DNA of 64,000 nt from Marsupella aquatica (taxonomy: Eukaryota > Plantae > Marchantiophyta). The notes under the pieces are model-generated. The model did no database searches and was not told the origin of the DNA. It saw nothing but the letters and a program-made list of their open reading frames with translations. The stretch is from the NCBI GenBank assembly GCA_973895155.1, contig OZ316894.1:24364709-24428708 (forward strand). Direction: 5' to 3'. Shown in pieces: positions 11,025 through 24,383 of this stretch (position 1 is its first letter; each line of letters opens with the position of its first letter). A program made the translations under genes and the position numbers.

Positions 11025-14000
11025 CACATCGCGGACTCAGGTGCATCATCAGGTGACTTAAGGTGACTCCCTAAGTAATTCATTGAAAAATTTCCAATTT
11101 TGTATTCAGTTCAACAGCAACAGTTTCTCAGTTCAACAAAAGTAGTTACTCAATAGTGGAAGGTCAGAAGAAATTTAGAAAAAGGAAGTCTTGGTGAAAG
11201 AGAGCCATGAATATTTTATGAGCTTCAAATGAATGTAATCAACAATAAGTATCGATGTGCAGAGTAGTGGTTTTAATACACTATTGATTTTATACTGTGT
11301 AGGGACAACAGGATTTTTGATGGCTTCAAACTTTAAGTGTAATTTTTGTGGAGCTTTGGGATTTCTGGATTATACAGCTTTGCGGACCCACCAAGGACGA
11401 AATGGACTTTGCTTAGCTAAACAGAGAGCTGTGCAAAGGGCTAAACAGACTGATCATGTGATGGAGGCAGAGCACGAAGGGTTTCGTACGAGTGTAAACG
11501 TTGGGAACACATGTATACCGGAATCTATACAGGCCAATGTTGAGACAGTTGGAGAGCAGTCCTCTGAGGAATTCATGGACCTGTTTGAGAATGAATTCAC
11601 ATCTCCTGCCCAATGTAATAAAAAATTTGATGTTACTTTTCAACTTGTCTTCTTTATGAGACAATGCCACAACGGAGGAGGATTATCTCACAAAGATATG
11701 AACAGATTATTTCGGCTGCTGCACCACCCTCAATTCGATACCAAAAAAGTCCAGGTTCATACTGCTGCTGAGGTTTGTAAATATGAGGAAAGTTTAACAA
11801 GTGAGAGGGGTGACCAAAATTGGGAAAAGGTTGAAGTCCGCGAGGAGACTGAAAGTGCTCCAGTTCATTTGTTGCATCGTGATCCATTACGTGTTTTGGA
11901 AGATCTATTTTCTTCTCCTAAAAATAAAGAAGAGTTTGCACTTCACTCTTCAGTTGCTATAAAGGGCAGTGAGAGATTGTACACTACTTTGCAATCCGCT
12001 GAGTGGTGGAGGGAAATGGAGCAAGACGTTGAATCTACTTGCAAAGGAGGAGTGATTGCACCCATCATTTTGTATTCTGATCAGACTGCCTTGTCTCACA
12101 ACAAGAGAACTCAGGGTTGGCCTTTAGTCATGACAATTGGCAATATTAATTGCAGTCTTAGAAGTTTGCCAGAAGGTCACGCTTTGCTGGCTATTCTTCC
12201 TGTTATTGGTCCGAATGATCCAGGTGAGATTTAAACTGCAATTATTCCCCTCCAGTTGAATTTGACTGCTCTTTGTCTGTGTAGATATTCCCAGGATGTT
12301 AAAAAGTCCAACACTTACAACCTTTATATTCATTTTGAAATACTTACACTAATTTCTTTGTTGTAGGTATATTGGAGACAGAGGTTCCTAGTACAGCCAA
12401 ATTGGAACTGTTTCACAAATGTGAGGAGATTGTTTTGGCACCATTGAAGGCGGCAAGTCATACAGGAGTTCACATGAAAGACCCATTTGGTCAATCCCAG
12501 TGGGTCTTTCCAAGACTATGTCTGTATATCTGTGACCAGACAGAGGGGAGTAGAATCACATGCACATTTGATACAAACAAGTCAAATTATCCATGCAGTT
12601 GTTGTTTCTGTCCAAAAGAATCCCTCAGCAATGTTGCAAGAAGATTTTCTTACAGGGATGAGAAGGGAATGGAAGCAATCTTAGAAGAGATGCGATAGTC
12701 TTCTGTGCAAGATCAGAAACAGATGTCTAAGGAGCAGTCGATTTATCCAGTACAGGTAAGCACTTCTTACTGAGATGAGCATTGATTGTGCAAAGGGAGT
12801 TTTGAATGTGTTCAGTTATTCTTCTCTTTCTGTCAACTGTGAGTGATTTTTTTTCTTGTGATGTCTTGCAATGTGCTCTATGGGGATTTTGTGGAGGTGA
12901 TTTGCTGTATGGAAATCCCTATCGATGCATACAATTAGACGGTCTTCATCAGTCCATACTAGGTGTATTCAAGACTCTAGTGGGCATTGTGAGATCGGCT
13001 GCTGCTTCCCAGAGCCTTGTGAAAAAACCTATGCAAGAACTTGATAGAAGACTCCAGAAAATACACAAGGAATGTCGTTATGCTTCCTTTAGATTGCCTG
13101 GGAGTAACCAAAGTGGTTACTTTCAAAGCAATGCTAACTTTCATGGATTCGAGCATAAATTTGTTATGCAGGTTGTGGTATTTTGTTTGCTTGGCGTCAT
13201 TCCAAATCCGCTCATTGAGGTTTTTGTGGACTTCATAGATTGGTATTTGCTAGCATTCCAGAGTAAACAACATTCTGAGAGGTCCTTGAATCAAATGGAT
13301 CAGTTAATGAAAAAAGCAGTAGGATCGATGATAAAACACGCTAAAACTTGGCAGAAGTCAAGTTTCAACATTGTAAAAGTCCATGCCATGAGTCACCTGA
13401 AAGATTGTATCAAACGATGTGGGTTGCCTTTAGAATATGACACAGGTATATTCGAACATCTTCACATTGCCCTCATGAAGGTTCCATACAGACATAGCAA
13501 CAAGAGGAATTTCATGGGGCAAATAGCAAGGCATAGCCAGAGGACTAGAATTTTACTAGACGAAGCGAGCTGTCAAGAAGACTTAAGAGTGCACGCAGAA
13601 GATGTTACTGCACTGGACCGAGTACTATTCCCCTTACCTCCCTCCCACTTCTGCTACACTTTCAGTTTGTACTTTCTGTGTAGCAACACATGTCACTTTA
13701 CAAAGGATGTCTTGTAGGCACTTATGCATGTGCTTTATGATTTGATATGTGCAGGCTGTATTGACAGGACAGATCACCCTATCTGGAAAGGATATAAGGT
13801 TGACATTGAGTTGGCTTGATGCAAGTAACAATGACTTTGTGCCTGTAGAAGTGAGTGAACTATTTCAGTGTCAACCAGAAATACAACTGCACCTGAGAGA
13901 AGCCTTTGTTATGCACTTGAATGATGAGAACTGTGCAGTTCCTGAGATAATACAAATTTGGAAAACCTTAGCAGTGCCTGCTGGGGAAGGCATTCGATTT

Positions 14001-14870
14001 GGAGATTGGCCAATGTACACCCGTGCCTGCAGAAGTTTCCATGGTAAAGAATGGTTTGGATTCGTCTCTCTTCAGATGGAAGAAGCTGGCATTGATCCTG
14101 TAACATCTTATGGTCAACTGAGGTTGCTGATTTCTTGTGAAGTCATTGATGAGGGTGGCAAGAAGATCATGAAGCATCTAGCATTTGTTAGAATGATGGA
14201 GAAGCTGCCAAGGGATGGAGATTGGAAGTTATTGCACTGCACAAAGCTCCAGTGGGTTGATGAAGGCACGACAGCCTCTACAAGCAGAAAAGCACTTTAC
14301 AAAAGATCCAAAGTGCCTTATATTGTTGTGGAGGTAGCAAACATTGCTAAAGTGATTCATTGTGTCCCTAATTTTGCTCAAGTTGGCACATATTTTGAAA
14401 ACAGATTCAAACTTTAATGGTGGACCATGCAATGCAGGTACTATATCTTGTAGCCTTTATATATCGCTTCTGTTTATTTGTGTTTTGAGTCAGCCTGCCA
14501 GGTGTATGCTGTTGATAATTTTTGATCTGGATTCATTTGACAGGAGAGGTAATTGAGTCTTCATGTGTGATTTGCTTTTCTCACATAATTGTTGGGTTCA
14601 CAGGATGGAGTTAGCGTCAAGAAGCAACTCAAGGCCAGTCCTCTTTCTGTGCAAGAGATAGGAAAGAGCCGTGCAACAGCTTTTGCTGTTGGCCTTCGAA
14701 TAGATGAATATGCTCATGTTGAGGTTTCTATGGAGCGGCCTGTACCAGCTGACAATTTTTTGTCTTCAGACTGAGCAAAAGGGTAGTTAGTTGCAAATAT
14801 GTTCTGGCAGTGAGGTCTTTCAAAGGTTACCACTAAGGTTACCACTGGTGACTGTCTCCAACCGGCTGTG
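11025..14870 (+). mobile_element. Plavaka-type DNA transposon (termini tentative)
   Basis: Contains the transposase below; candidate ends CACA...TGTG with imperfect inverted similarity (tcatcaggtgacttaaggtgact vs reverse complement tcaccagtggtaaccttagtggtaacct) and GT on both flanks. Confidence 0.5.
11320..14417 (+). pseudogene. Plavaka transposase, 4 exons (11320-12223, 12367-12755, 12872-13621, 13755-14417), ~900 aa if repaired
   Basis: N-terminal CxxC...H zinc-finger-like segment; motifs PIILYSDQT, WPLVMTIGNI, LFHKCEEIVLAPLK, VFPRLCLYICD, DGLHQSILGVFK, KVHAMSH, YDTGIFEHLHIALMKVPYRHSNK; lesions are TAG at 12696-12698 and an acceptor reading CAA at 12869-12871. Confidence 0.85.
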
Positions 14871-15399
14871 GTTCTCACATGTTGACACTTTAATGGCATT
14901 AGGTTATCTCTAGAAACAGTCAAACAAAACTGGCTGACAAAGCACTACTCTGGGAAATACTATGTAGTTTAGAGGAACAAAGTTTATTGAAATAAAGTTT
15001 TCCCTTTCTCCTTACTTTAACATCTATGAAAATTTTGTGGAAATCTTTCACTGCTTATTTTGGTTAAATATTTCCTCCAAAGTTTTTGAATTCAAAAGTT
15101 TTTTAAGCTTATTTGGTCAAAAATTGTTTACACACCAATTATAGATGGAACATAAGGTTTATATCAAATAAATTAAAATGTCAATAGCAAATCTACATCA
15201 AAAGTATATATGTTTCATAATGTAATTAAATAAACTTTCAGCATTGCATAGACATCATACGGATATAAAATAGATGAATTTGTTATAGCATATTAAGATG
15301 GCATGGTGTCATGCATAAAACATAAATTGGACATAGCCATTTGTAGCAATCACTCTTATGTCCAATAGATACAAAACAAACAAAATTTCAGTTTTGTGA

Positions 15400-17874
15400 T
15401 GTAGTTGGATGATGTGCTGCGAACTGACGCACAACTGGCCTCTCCACACCGAAAAGTGGTCACATTATCATCTGGGATGGCCTTGGCCCGTTGTAGGGAC
15501 TTGTGCACATGGGCTTCAATGGTCTTATTTCAAATTCGGCCCTGGAATTTGTCAGCCAAAATACATCAATAATAATTTTCCAGCACTCTTATTCGCCCAA
15601 GCAGCCAAGGAATGGAGCGCCCGACAATACTGTAGCGACCAACTTCAACTCCATCTTCAAAGTGTGATGCCAACGCTCGATTCCCCCATTTGTGTTCTGA
15701 TTGGCGTGGTTGTAGCCCCGTAATTTTATTGCCCAGCTACACACCTTGCTGTGCCATTCTCGCTTGTAATAAACAACAAATCCAGGTTGACTGTTTGTCC
15801 ATCGGTTCATAAAGGCTTCAGACTCTTCAATCAAATCTGTAGGGCATGCAAAGTCACGTTAGGCTCAGAATTGACTACGGAGGTGGACTCACTTGTTACA
15901 AATGATGTAAACATGTGGAGGAGTGTGGCATGGACAGAATGAAAATGGAATTGAACTTACCGGGGCCGTTTGAGTACATGATTGCACCCAATTCTGCATT
16001 AATCTGTGCTTTGGCAAATGGGCAAAAGACTTTGGAGATTATGTTCTTTGTCCAAGCCCTTCGAACGTGCCATGTGCAGAAAGTAATATGCACTTCCGGG
16101 AATACCTGCCTGCAGTAAACATTCACACATTCCAAACGTTACACTAGGTCATCCTCTCTATTAGACTCATCCTCTCTACTATGCACCACACCGCCCAATT
16201 TGATTCATCTGGAAATGTTTAGACACTCCTGCAGGTTTTGCACTAATATACTTGATTGCTGCTTGCTCCTCATCCACTACATCAATGATCCAACAATTTG
16301 GCTTCCAGGGGAGGATCAGATTTAGCTCAGCCCTTCTGGCATTGACACGATCCTTCAGGGCATTCAGGGTTCGGCCCACATTTGCAGCTTTGTATGATTG
16401 CATAAGGGCAAAAGCAACGGGGATAGCATTCTGAAATTTGTCAAAGACAACCACCGTGTAAAAGGGAAACTGCAAAACAAAGAAATAGGCAACAGTGTTG
16501 GGTCAGCTCATGTTTTATGGTACATGGCAGCAGCAGGGTATAAAAAGTCAGGTTCTGACAATGCACTACTTACCCCAAGGTGATTGGTGCCAAAAGTGGC
16601 ATCAAATGCTACTGGCCCCTCATGCCCAAGTTGGGCTAACTTCTTTTGTTGCCAAGGAGACGACCACATAAGAATGAAAGGTTGGTTGTGTGCTTTGACC
16701 TGCGGCTGATACAAGAGAACTTGTTCTTCATTTTGAAGCACCCATAGTTTTGTCGCTTGCGCTTCGTCTGAGCAATAGTCGGGTTCACGCTGTCGCATAC
16801 AATCCCTCACTGTTTGGACATCCCTAGGAGTGAGTTGCATGTCTCTTGACATGATGACATTGGCATCCTCATCTGGGTGGTCCTTACGCCACCTAGTAAG
16901 GATTTCCTCAAAATGTGCATCAACAATTGCCCTGGCAGTCAAGCCTGCCCTAAGGTATCGTTCAATTTTGGTCCTTAGCTTCAATGAGATTCTTGGAGCA
17001 ATATGTGCATTGCATTGAAAGGCAGTGGGGTCTTTCAGGCCATGGCAGATATTTCCAGCCCTGTCCAAATGGTCTTTCCGGATCCATTTGATCAGCACAG
17101 CCCCAGGTTGGTCCTCATATTTTGTGGAGGTGAATGAGCATCTGCAACCACATTGTACAGACATTCTTGCAGTGCTCAAAGAGGAGAGTGAGTTGAATTT
17201 GGAAATGCATTTGGAAACAGCAAGTTCTCCCGAAAGCAGACATTGAGATTGTGAGAAAAAAGGCGAGGTTCACCTGTTAGCGTTTTTCTCTTCAGAAAGA
17301 TTCCCATTTCCTTGCATTTGAGTGTGTCTGGTACCTTCATTGATTTCCAGCCGCGATAATCCTCAGGCCCATAACAACAACAATATAACGTAGTTGTCTT
17401 GACCAAAGGACTTGTCTTGTAGATGCGGTTCTCCACCATTTGTCGGATAGTGAACTGTGTATGGAAATTGTCGCGCATATTCTCACCCCAAATGAAATCT
17501 TTCACCCTTCCCTCTGGGATCCAAGCATAATCAGACTTCGAACCAAACCATTGAAGAGCATTGAGTTCAAATTCACCAGGCCGTGGATTCTGAATTTGGT
17601 CACATTTCAAATATTCAGAGTGGCTTTTCCGCATGGGTGGACTTACTGGTGGCACTGTATCATTGCGAACCTCGTCCTCGATAGTAAGGCCACGTAGATG
17701 CTCTAAGACTTGATCCAGAGCATCCGGTTCAACTCCATCCGTGCTGGAAATGTGATTTTCATCTATACTGTCCATTCTGTGCAAGCGCGGTATGTTTGTT
17801 GCACTGTACTCCTTGTTGGTACTCTCTTGCAAAAATGGATCGGACATTGGCACGAGCGTGGTGCCTTCACACAA
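15400..17874 (-). pseudogene. MULE (Mutator-like) DDE transposase of the plant SWIM-zinc-finger family, spliced, 3-prime degenerate and truncated
   Basis: Motifs CCYGPEDY, CGCRCSF...HLDRAGNICHG, FDATFGTN, FPFYTVVVFD...IPVAF, FCTWHVRRAW, TNGGIERWHHTLK; introns 16573-16470, 16251-16110, 15960-15837; frameshift near 15625 and TGA stops before RAKAIPDDNV; no SWIM finger visible. Confidence 0.8.
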
Positions 17875-18513
17875 CCAACATATGATGTGGCGCCAAGTGC
17901 AGAACTTCTACCACGGATTCAAAGACATCGAATGCACCTCAGGTGGTGACATATTAGCACGCTGTTACCACACAAATGATTGATTTTGGCACATTGCACG
18001 ACATTACATTTCATTCGACAGAGCACACAGTTGTGGCAGAGAATGAGAATGTGCAGAGTGCCTCGCAACATGTCGCGGTTACATTCCCTCGCAGGAGTTC
18101 AGGCATGGGAGTCTCCGTCCCGCTCCCTCACGATTTTGAAACAGTATTCCTCATTTGAATGCGTACATAACCGGGATTAAGGTGCCAAAAAAAATTTAGG
18201 TAACTCGTACCCCAATCCCTTCTGCATACATCGCGACGGAGTGAAGGTGCAGGCGACCCGAGAGGGGGGTTTCAACGCCGGTGCAATCGGGGGTGCGGGC
18301 CCGGGACGGGTTTGGATCTCAATAGGGACAATCCTGGGCATATTTTGGGGACAGGTGCGGGAGTGCCATGGCTGAAAATGGACAGGCTGCCCGAATGGTG
18401 TACGAACTGCCCAAAACCGTGAGCGGATGTAACCAGGACACTTGACATTGTAATACCCTGTAAACCCTCCCTCTTGCCTCATTAATGTGCATCGATATTT
18501 GGAATCGTGCTGA

Positions 18514-18516
<3 letters not shown>

Positions 18517-18560
<44 letters not shown>
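18517..18560. repeat. (AG)22 microsatellite
   Basis: Seen directly. Confidence 0.97.
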
Positions 18561-18564
<4 letters not shown>

Positions 18565-20717
18565 ATTCCGTGTATTCAAACCTTTGAATTATAATCACTC
18601 TGAATAGTTGGCCATGATCTTCAACTACAGATATAGTCCACTTGCGCTCTTAATAACTGACGGTCCTCTGTTGTCTATGAGTAGGGGGATCTACACCTAG
18701 TAGTGGGTATGACCACTCGGAAGAGAGCAAGAAGGATAACCAAGGAAATGTTGTCTTTTCTCATTAGTTTTATCACTTTTACAAAAGTTTCACCTCTTTC
18801 CATTTTTAAGTTTTTAGGAGGTGGCAAGGCAGCTCTTCTGGGGTTTTTTTTTAAGAGATCATGAATATTACTGTATTTTTTGGTTGGTTGTTGTGTGGTG
18901 GGGTTTTTTTTAAGAGACCAGGCATATTTGGTTTTGGGTTGGTTGTTGTGTGGCAGGGGTGTTTTCTCTTTGGGGGAAGAGAGGGGCAACTCATTTGGGT
19001 TGGTTATTGAGTGCACTGAGGCAAGGGCAAGGATTGAGGATTCATTTGATCTTGGCCTCTCCTCTCCCTTCCTACATAAGTACTCTCCGTCCCCTTTCCC
19101 ATGCAAGTACAATATTTTCCTATTAAAATGAGAAAATATTTTATCACATGTATTGTCTTCACTTGTTAATGTTGACTGTGTTTTTCTTTCACTTCCTTGT
19201 AACTTTTACTCCATAGATTGGTATGGACTAAAACATCTTGTATTTCAATGATGGTTTTAATGGAATAAACTCTTTTGTTGAATAATTTCGTTTATGCATT
19301 ATATTTTACACTACTACCTCTTTGATGCAACCACTTCTATTAGATAATGATGTCATTTCTTCCGGAGCATTTTTGTGAAATGAGATCAATTTGCAATAAC
19401 ATGTTTTGTACAACCTCACCTGTTCCACAAGAGCAGCAACATTTCTGCAACACGTCTTAAAATATGCAAGTACAGTACATCATTTCTCTAATCACATCTT
19501 CTACGCAATGACATCATTTTACACAGTGATATCTTTTGTGCGACAATATGTTTTGCTCCCATTGATATTTTCTATGCATGACACTTTCTCTGCAACACAA
19601 GAATATCGAGCTTTGGTTATTAAAGAAACACTTATATACAAATAGTTACGTCTTTTTGTAAAATTCGTGGAGGAGGCCATACTGAGGTGGCAGTACGACA
19701 ATTGTTCGAAATGACATTAACTTCCATTTGTAAAATTGATGCAGGAGGCCATACTGACTGAGGTGGCAGGACCATAATTGTGCGAAATCACGTCCGATTT
19801 CGACTGATCTACGACTGAGAATAAATGCGTGAATGAACGGACGGATCCTGGCCCGTGCTGGGACGACAGTACGTAGAGCGCCCACTTGGCGACCATGCTG
19901 GCCCATGACGTGGCGCCCATCCCCAACGCCAACTGCCAGCAGCTTCGGGCTTCCCTGCCACGCGTAGCCAGCCCCTCGCCTCCTTCACTCCTCTCCTACC
20001 CCCCCATCTTTCACTTTCTTCCCAAGTATCTCAACTCACCCCATCGCCAACGATCCACCGATTTCTAGATAGACCCACGAATCGCATCGTGCCCCTCATA
20101 GGTAGACCCTCTGTCCCACCAATTGCTTATCAACATTGTTTCATCGGTCGTTCTGAATTGGAATTCGAGCTATTTGAGCGAAGTGTTAGACGGTGATCGT
20201 CCGTGACACATTTTGTATGCAAGAATATTGGGAAGATTTGGAGGATTGGACTTTTGTCTGTTCTCGTCTTCGTCGATCCTCTCTCCCGTTGAATACTTGG
20301 TGACATCAATCTCTGCTAATAGCGCTACTACCGTAGTTCTCCGAGGATTATCATTTTACCACTGTTGGACATATTTTAATCTCGGCTGCTGTGAATAGAT
20401 TCGAAGGTCTGAGTCAGTATCAGTTGGAGAAGAAGTGAGGGAGAGGGAGCTTTGATTCCTACAAATTTGACCTAGTTGGTTTCTGTCAGTGGAGTACTAG
20501 AGGATTGAAGTTCGACGTAGCAGGAAGATCCGCTTGTGGTTTTTTGTACCTGAGATCTTCCATTTGTTCGTGCGACTACCACGAAGAGGTCTTGGTGCAT
20601 CTGAGGTAGAAGCAATCGTTTGTGGAGGTGAGGAGATTCTTTGTTCTTGAAGGAGTAGCCGATTGTTCGTCAGACAGTTTGAGGCAGGTTTGTGGTTTTG
20701 GTGAAACAGCACGCACG

Positions 20718-21008
20718 ATGGCGAGCAAGTCGAATGCAGACACGTCGAAGTTGAGCCATGAGGAGATTGAGAGGCACAATCTGCATGGATCGAAGAGGCC
20801 CCCCGGCCAGTCTCCGGGAGGCGTGTTGCACCAGCAGGGAGGGGCGGGGTTGAAGGCCGGGAGATACCCGATGGCGCTGTGGGGCGTCCTGGTTGTCGCC
20901 GGAGTGGGGTCTTACGTTTATTACCGCAGCTCTCATCCCAGTCCTGGCGGTCAAGCCGGCTCTCACAGCCCCAACGTTCAGAAAGCCGAAGCAGTAGCCA
21001 ATAAGTGA
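20718..21008 (+). CDS. Small single-pass membrane protein (96 aa), uncharacterised plant family with a PGGVLHQ motif
   Basis: ATG at 20718; PPGQSPGGVLHQ followed by the hydrophobic segment MALWGVLVVAGVGSYVYY, as I recall from small conserved plant TM proteins. Confidence 0.7.
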   Translation: MASKSNADTSKLSHEEIERHNLHGSKRPPGQSPGGVLHQQGGAGLKAGRYPMALWGVLVVAGVGSYVYYRSSHPSPGGQAGSHSPNVQKAEAVANK

Positions 21009-24000
21009 GAAGTCTCGCCGGCAGAAGATCGACGCGCCATATCAATTTTGACGTGCATCGTCTCGACTATTTCCTCGCCACAGCAATATCGTTCTGCAGA
21101 GTTTCGATTCTCAGTCGGTCGGTAGTTTCTCGACTCGTATGCGCATCAAGGCACTCTGCAGCCATTAGACTTACTCCTGGATCGGCAATTGGTCCGCAAA
21201 GCACCTAACTCGGCGATCTGTGCCGTTTAGAGGGAGCACGGCATACGAAGTTAAACAGATGTCCTTCTCTGTCCATTCCGGCGAGGCTGCCTGTTCTTCC
21301 TCGTCTGGATCGGGTTGTTTCGTGAGGAGCTCACATTTTTGGAGAGATGACAGTTGTGAACTTCACGGTGATGGAAGTGAGTTGAATTCATTTGGCGATG
21401 AACAGAAGAGTGGAACAGCGTCTCTTGTCATCAGGCTGTGAGGGAGAATGACTCCTGAGTTTTTCTTCAGGCCGCGGAGGAAAGAACGAAATGAGATGAG
21501 ATTGATCGAGGGTAGCGATCGTCGAGCAACCTTGAAATGTAAACATTTTAAGTTTTGTAAAACTGTAGATGGAAGGTTATGTCATAGTGATACGATCAAT
21601 CTTGTACAAAAGATGAGAGGAGGAATATCAGTCTCTTTCTGTTCGAAGTTGGGTCGAAGATATGAGGCCGGCAACGGCGAAAGCGCCTTAATTCCCTTGC
21701 GCTTTCGGATAGTGATATCGTACAATTGTTTGACAATATGAAATGACATCCCTTTTGACTTAAAATAAATCCTTCCTCTTTGAAATGGAATTTTGTTTCT
21801 TGGGACGCCAGTGGTAGATGTGTAACTTTGCCTAGATTTTCCGGTGCATGTCATTCCTCAAGTTTGAATCCGTCTTTCTGCTCCATTGCTGCAATAGAAC
21901 ATACAATTTTGTCTGGAGCTTGCTACTTCTATGCATAGATGTTTACGTAGCTGTAAATGATCGAACATAAATAACTCCATCATGAATGTTTGGTATATTT
22001 GAAATGGAAGTGGTCTTGTGTAAATCGATGTGTAGGTGTGGCTTGCAAGTCTCTTGCCTCCCCGTTTCCTTCGTGCACTTGCGGCCAAAATCAATTAGTT
22101 TCTTGAAGACCTCGTCCGTTGCAATGACGAAGTTTGCTGGAGCTATTAGAATGGGTGATGTTTAAAGAAGGCAAAATGCAATTTTACTGTTACTTTCAAG
22201 TTTCTTCCATTCATTGGTGAGAACGAAATCTAAATTGAGTATTCGGTGCCCCATGGTTGGGACAAATCCAGCATTTCTTTAAAATGCTTTCTTAATCAAT
22301 CATAGCTGGTTCATCCCTGACAAATCTGATCTGAAATGGTCATGCTTTTTTAATCAATCATGGCTGGTTCATCCTCGACAAATCTGAAATGGTCATGTAC
22401 AAGAGTACAAAATTTGTTGGTAGATATATATCTGGTTCATATGGATGGGGTCTCGGTAACTGCACATCAAAATATGACATATACGATGTACGACACCTCT
22501 GCATACCGTGATAATCCTAGTTTTTTCCTTTCAATCAATGAACACATTTTGATGTGTGATTACCAGCAGGGAGGGATATGGATGACGGTAAGCAGAAGTT
22601 GTAAGCACAGTTTGAATATTGTGCATTGTGTACCGGAAGCACGATTGGTTTACAACCTATAAAACATTCAGTGAAACGAAAGGATTTCGAAAATGGACAG
22701 GGAACAAATGATAGCGACTGTGTTATTGCTAAGCGTGTCACAGTTTGGATTCTACGTGAAAATTGGGAAACAAGCTTTTATTTTCTTGATCGTGATTGGC
22801 CTATCACATAAAAAGAAGAGAAGAAGATGCGCATCGAACTTGATTGGCCCCATCGAACTTGATTGGCCCCACTACTACTGTATAAACATCGTATAATAAT
22901 CTTTGTCAACTTACTGCGATCTGAGGAACCGTGCCCTGAATGTGCATAGTGTCCCAGTTCCATAGCGAGATGTGGTGACCATCTACTGCAGTCATGTAAG
23001 AGGCTATTAAATCGAAATGGATTACATTGCCAAAAGTTTTTGTACAGCACAAGTGCCGAACAGTGACCACCTCCATAAACTTTTCAATGGCGATTGCATC
23101 AAGAAATGCCAAAACCGCTGATTATCATTCAGTATTTTATTCCTCAACAATGAGTGGCGGAGTGTTTTCACCACATGTATGTACAGGACATGCCCGTCGC
23201 GATGAAATCTTACCACTCAAAATATGGCAGGGAACTGAGAAAGCTCCCAAGATCAATCGCCCATATGTCCATTGTCTGCATCGAGGACGTGACCTAAAAG
23301 TCCTCCAGGGAACTTTGTTCTGACTCTCGCTGCTCTCAGGGGACTTTGCATTAGCACAGGCCACTTATATATAAAACTTCCTTGTAGCTGTTTTCTTGTG
23401 ACTTCAACGGATGCGCATGAACCGTAGCCCCGCGTTATCTTCCCTCGCAGATTGCTGTTCGTAACCTTCTCGGTCTCTTCATGGTGGATGGTGCGGAAGA
23501 CTGACGATACCGAGAGAGCAGGCCTTATCACGATCAAGTTCACTGTGTGGTAGCATCAAATTGGTTTCTCACTTTGTGCGGGAATGTCAAAGAAGTCACT
23601 CACCAGGTATTCCACGTCTCCAGAAATTGATCTAGGCCGCTTCTTGATATTGTTTCATTCACTCGTCAGGCTTTTCCCGAGATGTTAGCGCACTTTGTTG
23701 TGGCTCTTTCGACATTTCGCGGCTAATAATTGGCGGCAATCGGTGTTTTGCAGAGATCTTTTGTCTGAGACACTCCTTCGCCACGGAGTAGTGACGTACG
23801 TCGTTTCAAGCCTTTGCCTCTCGTGTACCAACTAGATTTCACCAAATCATGAACTTGATCTTTGAAGTAAGACCTCTACGAATCTAGAAGGCACTTCATG
23901 AAACGAGGTTTTGCTTTCTGAAGCAAAGAAGTATGGTCATTGTGTAGTCTTCTTAACCAATGTTTCAATCTTCTCCGGAGCAGTGCAACTGGTTTCAGAA

Positions 24001-24383
24001 TAACTGGATCAACAGATGTATGAAATCTTAGCGTAGTGGTGGTCTTTTCGACACAGGACGAGTAACTTGTTATCTTCTGTGTCACAACCTCTCCTGCTGT
24101 GGAAGAGTTTTTCCGACCTCTTTGATAGATCATACCCTGTCCGGATTAAACAGTGTAATCGCTTCGGTTGTAATTGCTCATTTCAAGCTTGTAGAGGAGG
24201 AGGTCACTGACCATTCGTCTCGGGTTGTCATGAATGTGTTCTTGCAGAAGTCAGTAGTGTGCAAGTTTGAGGTGCATGCTCCACGGACTGGGCCACAACA
24301 GTAGCCTCGCCTATGGCCATTCACTCCTGACCGGGACGAACAGTTATTCCTGCTTTAAGGTTCTCCACTTCCCAGCAAAGAAA

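Noticed and set aside
19650-22400. Small local duplications (~70 bp at 19655-19790, ~58 bp at 22292-22397)
   Set aside because: Ordinary slippage-type duplications with no associated structure
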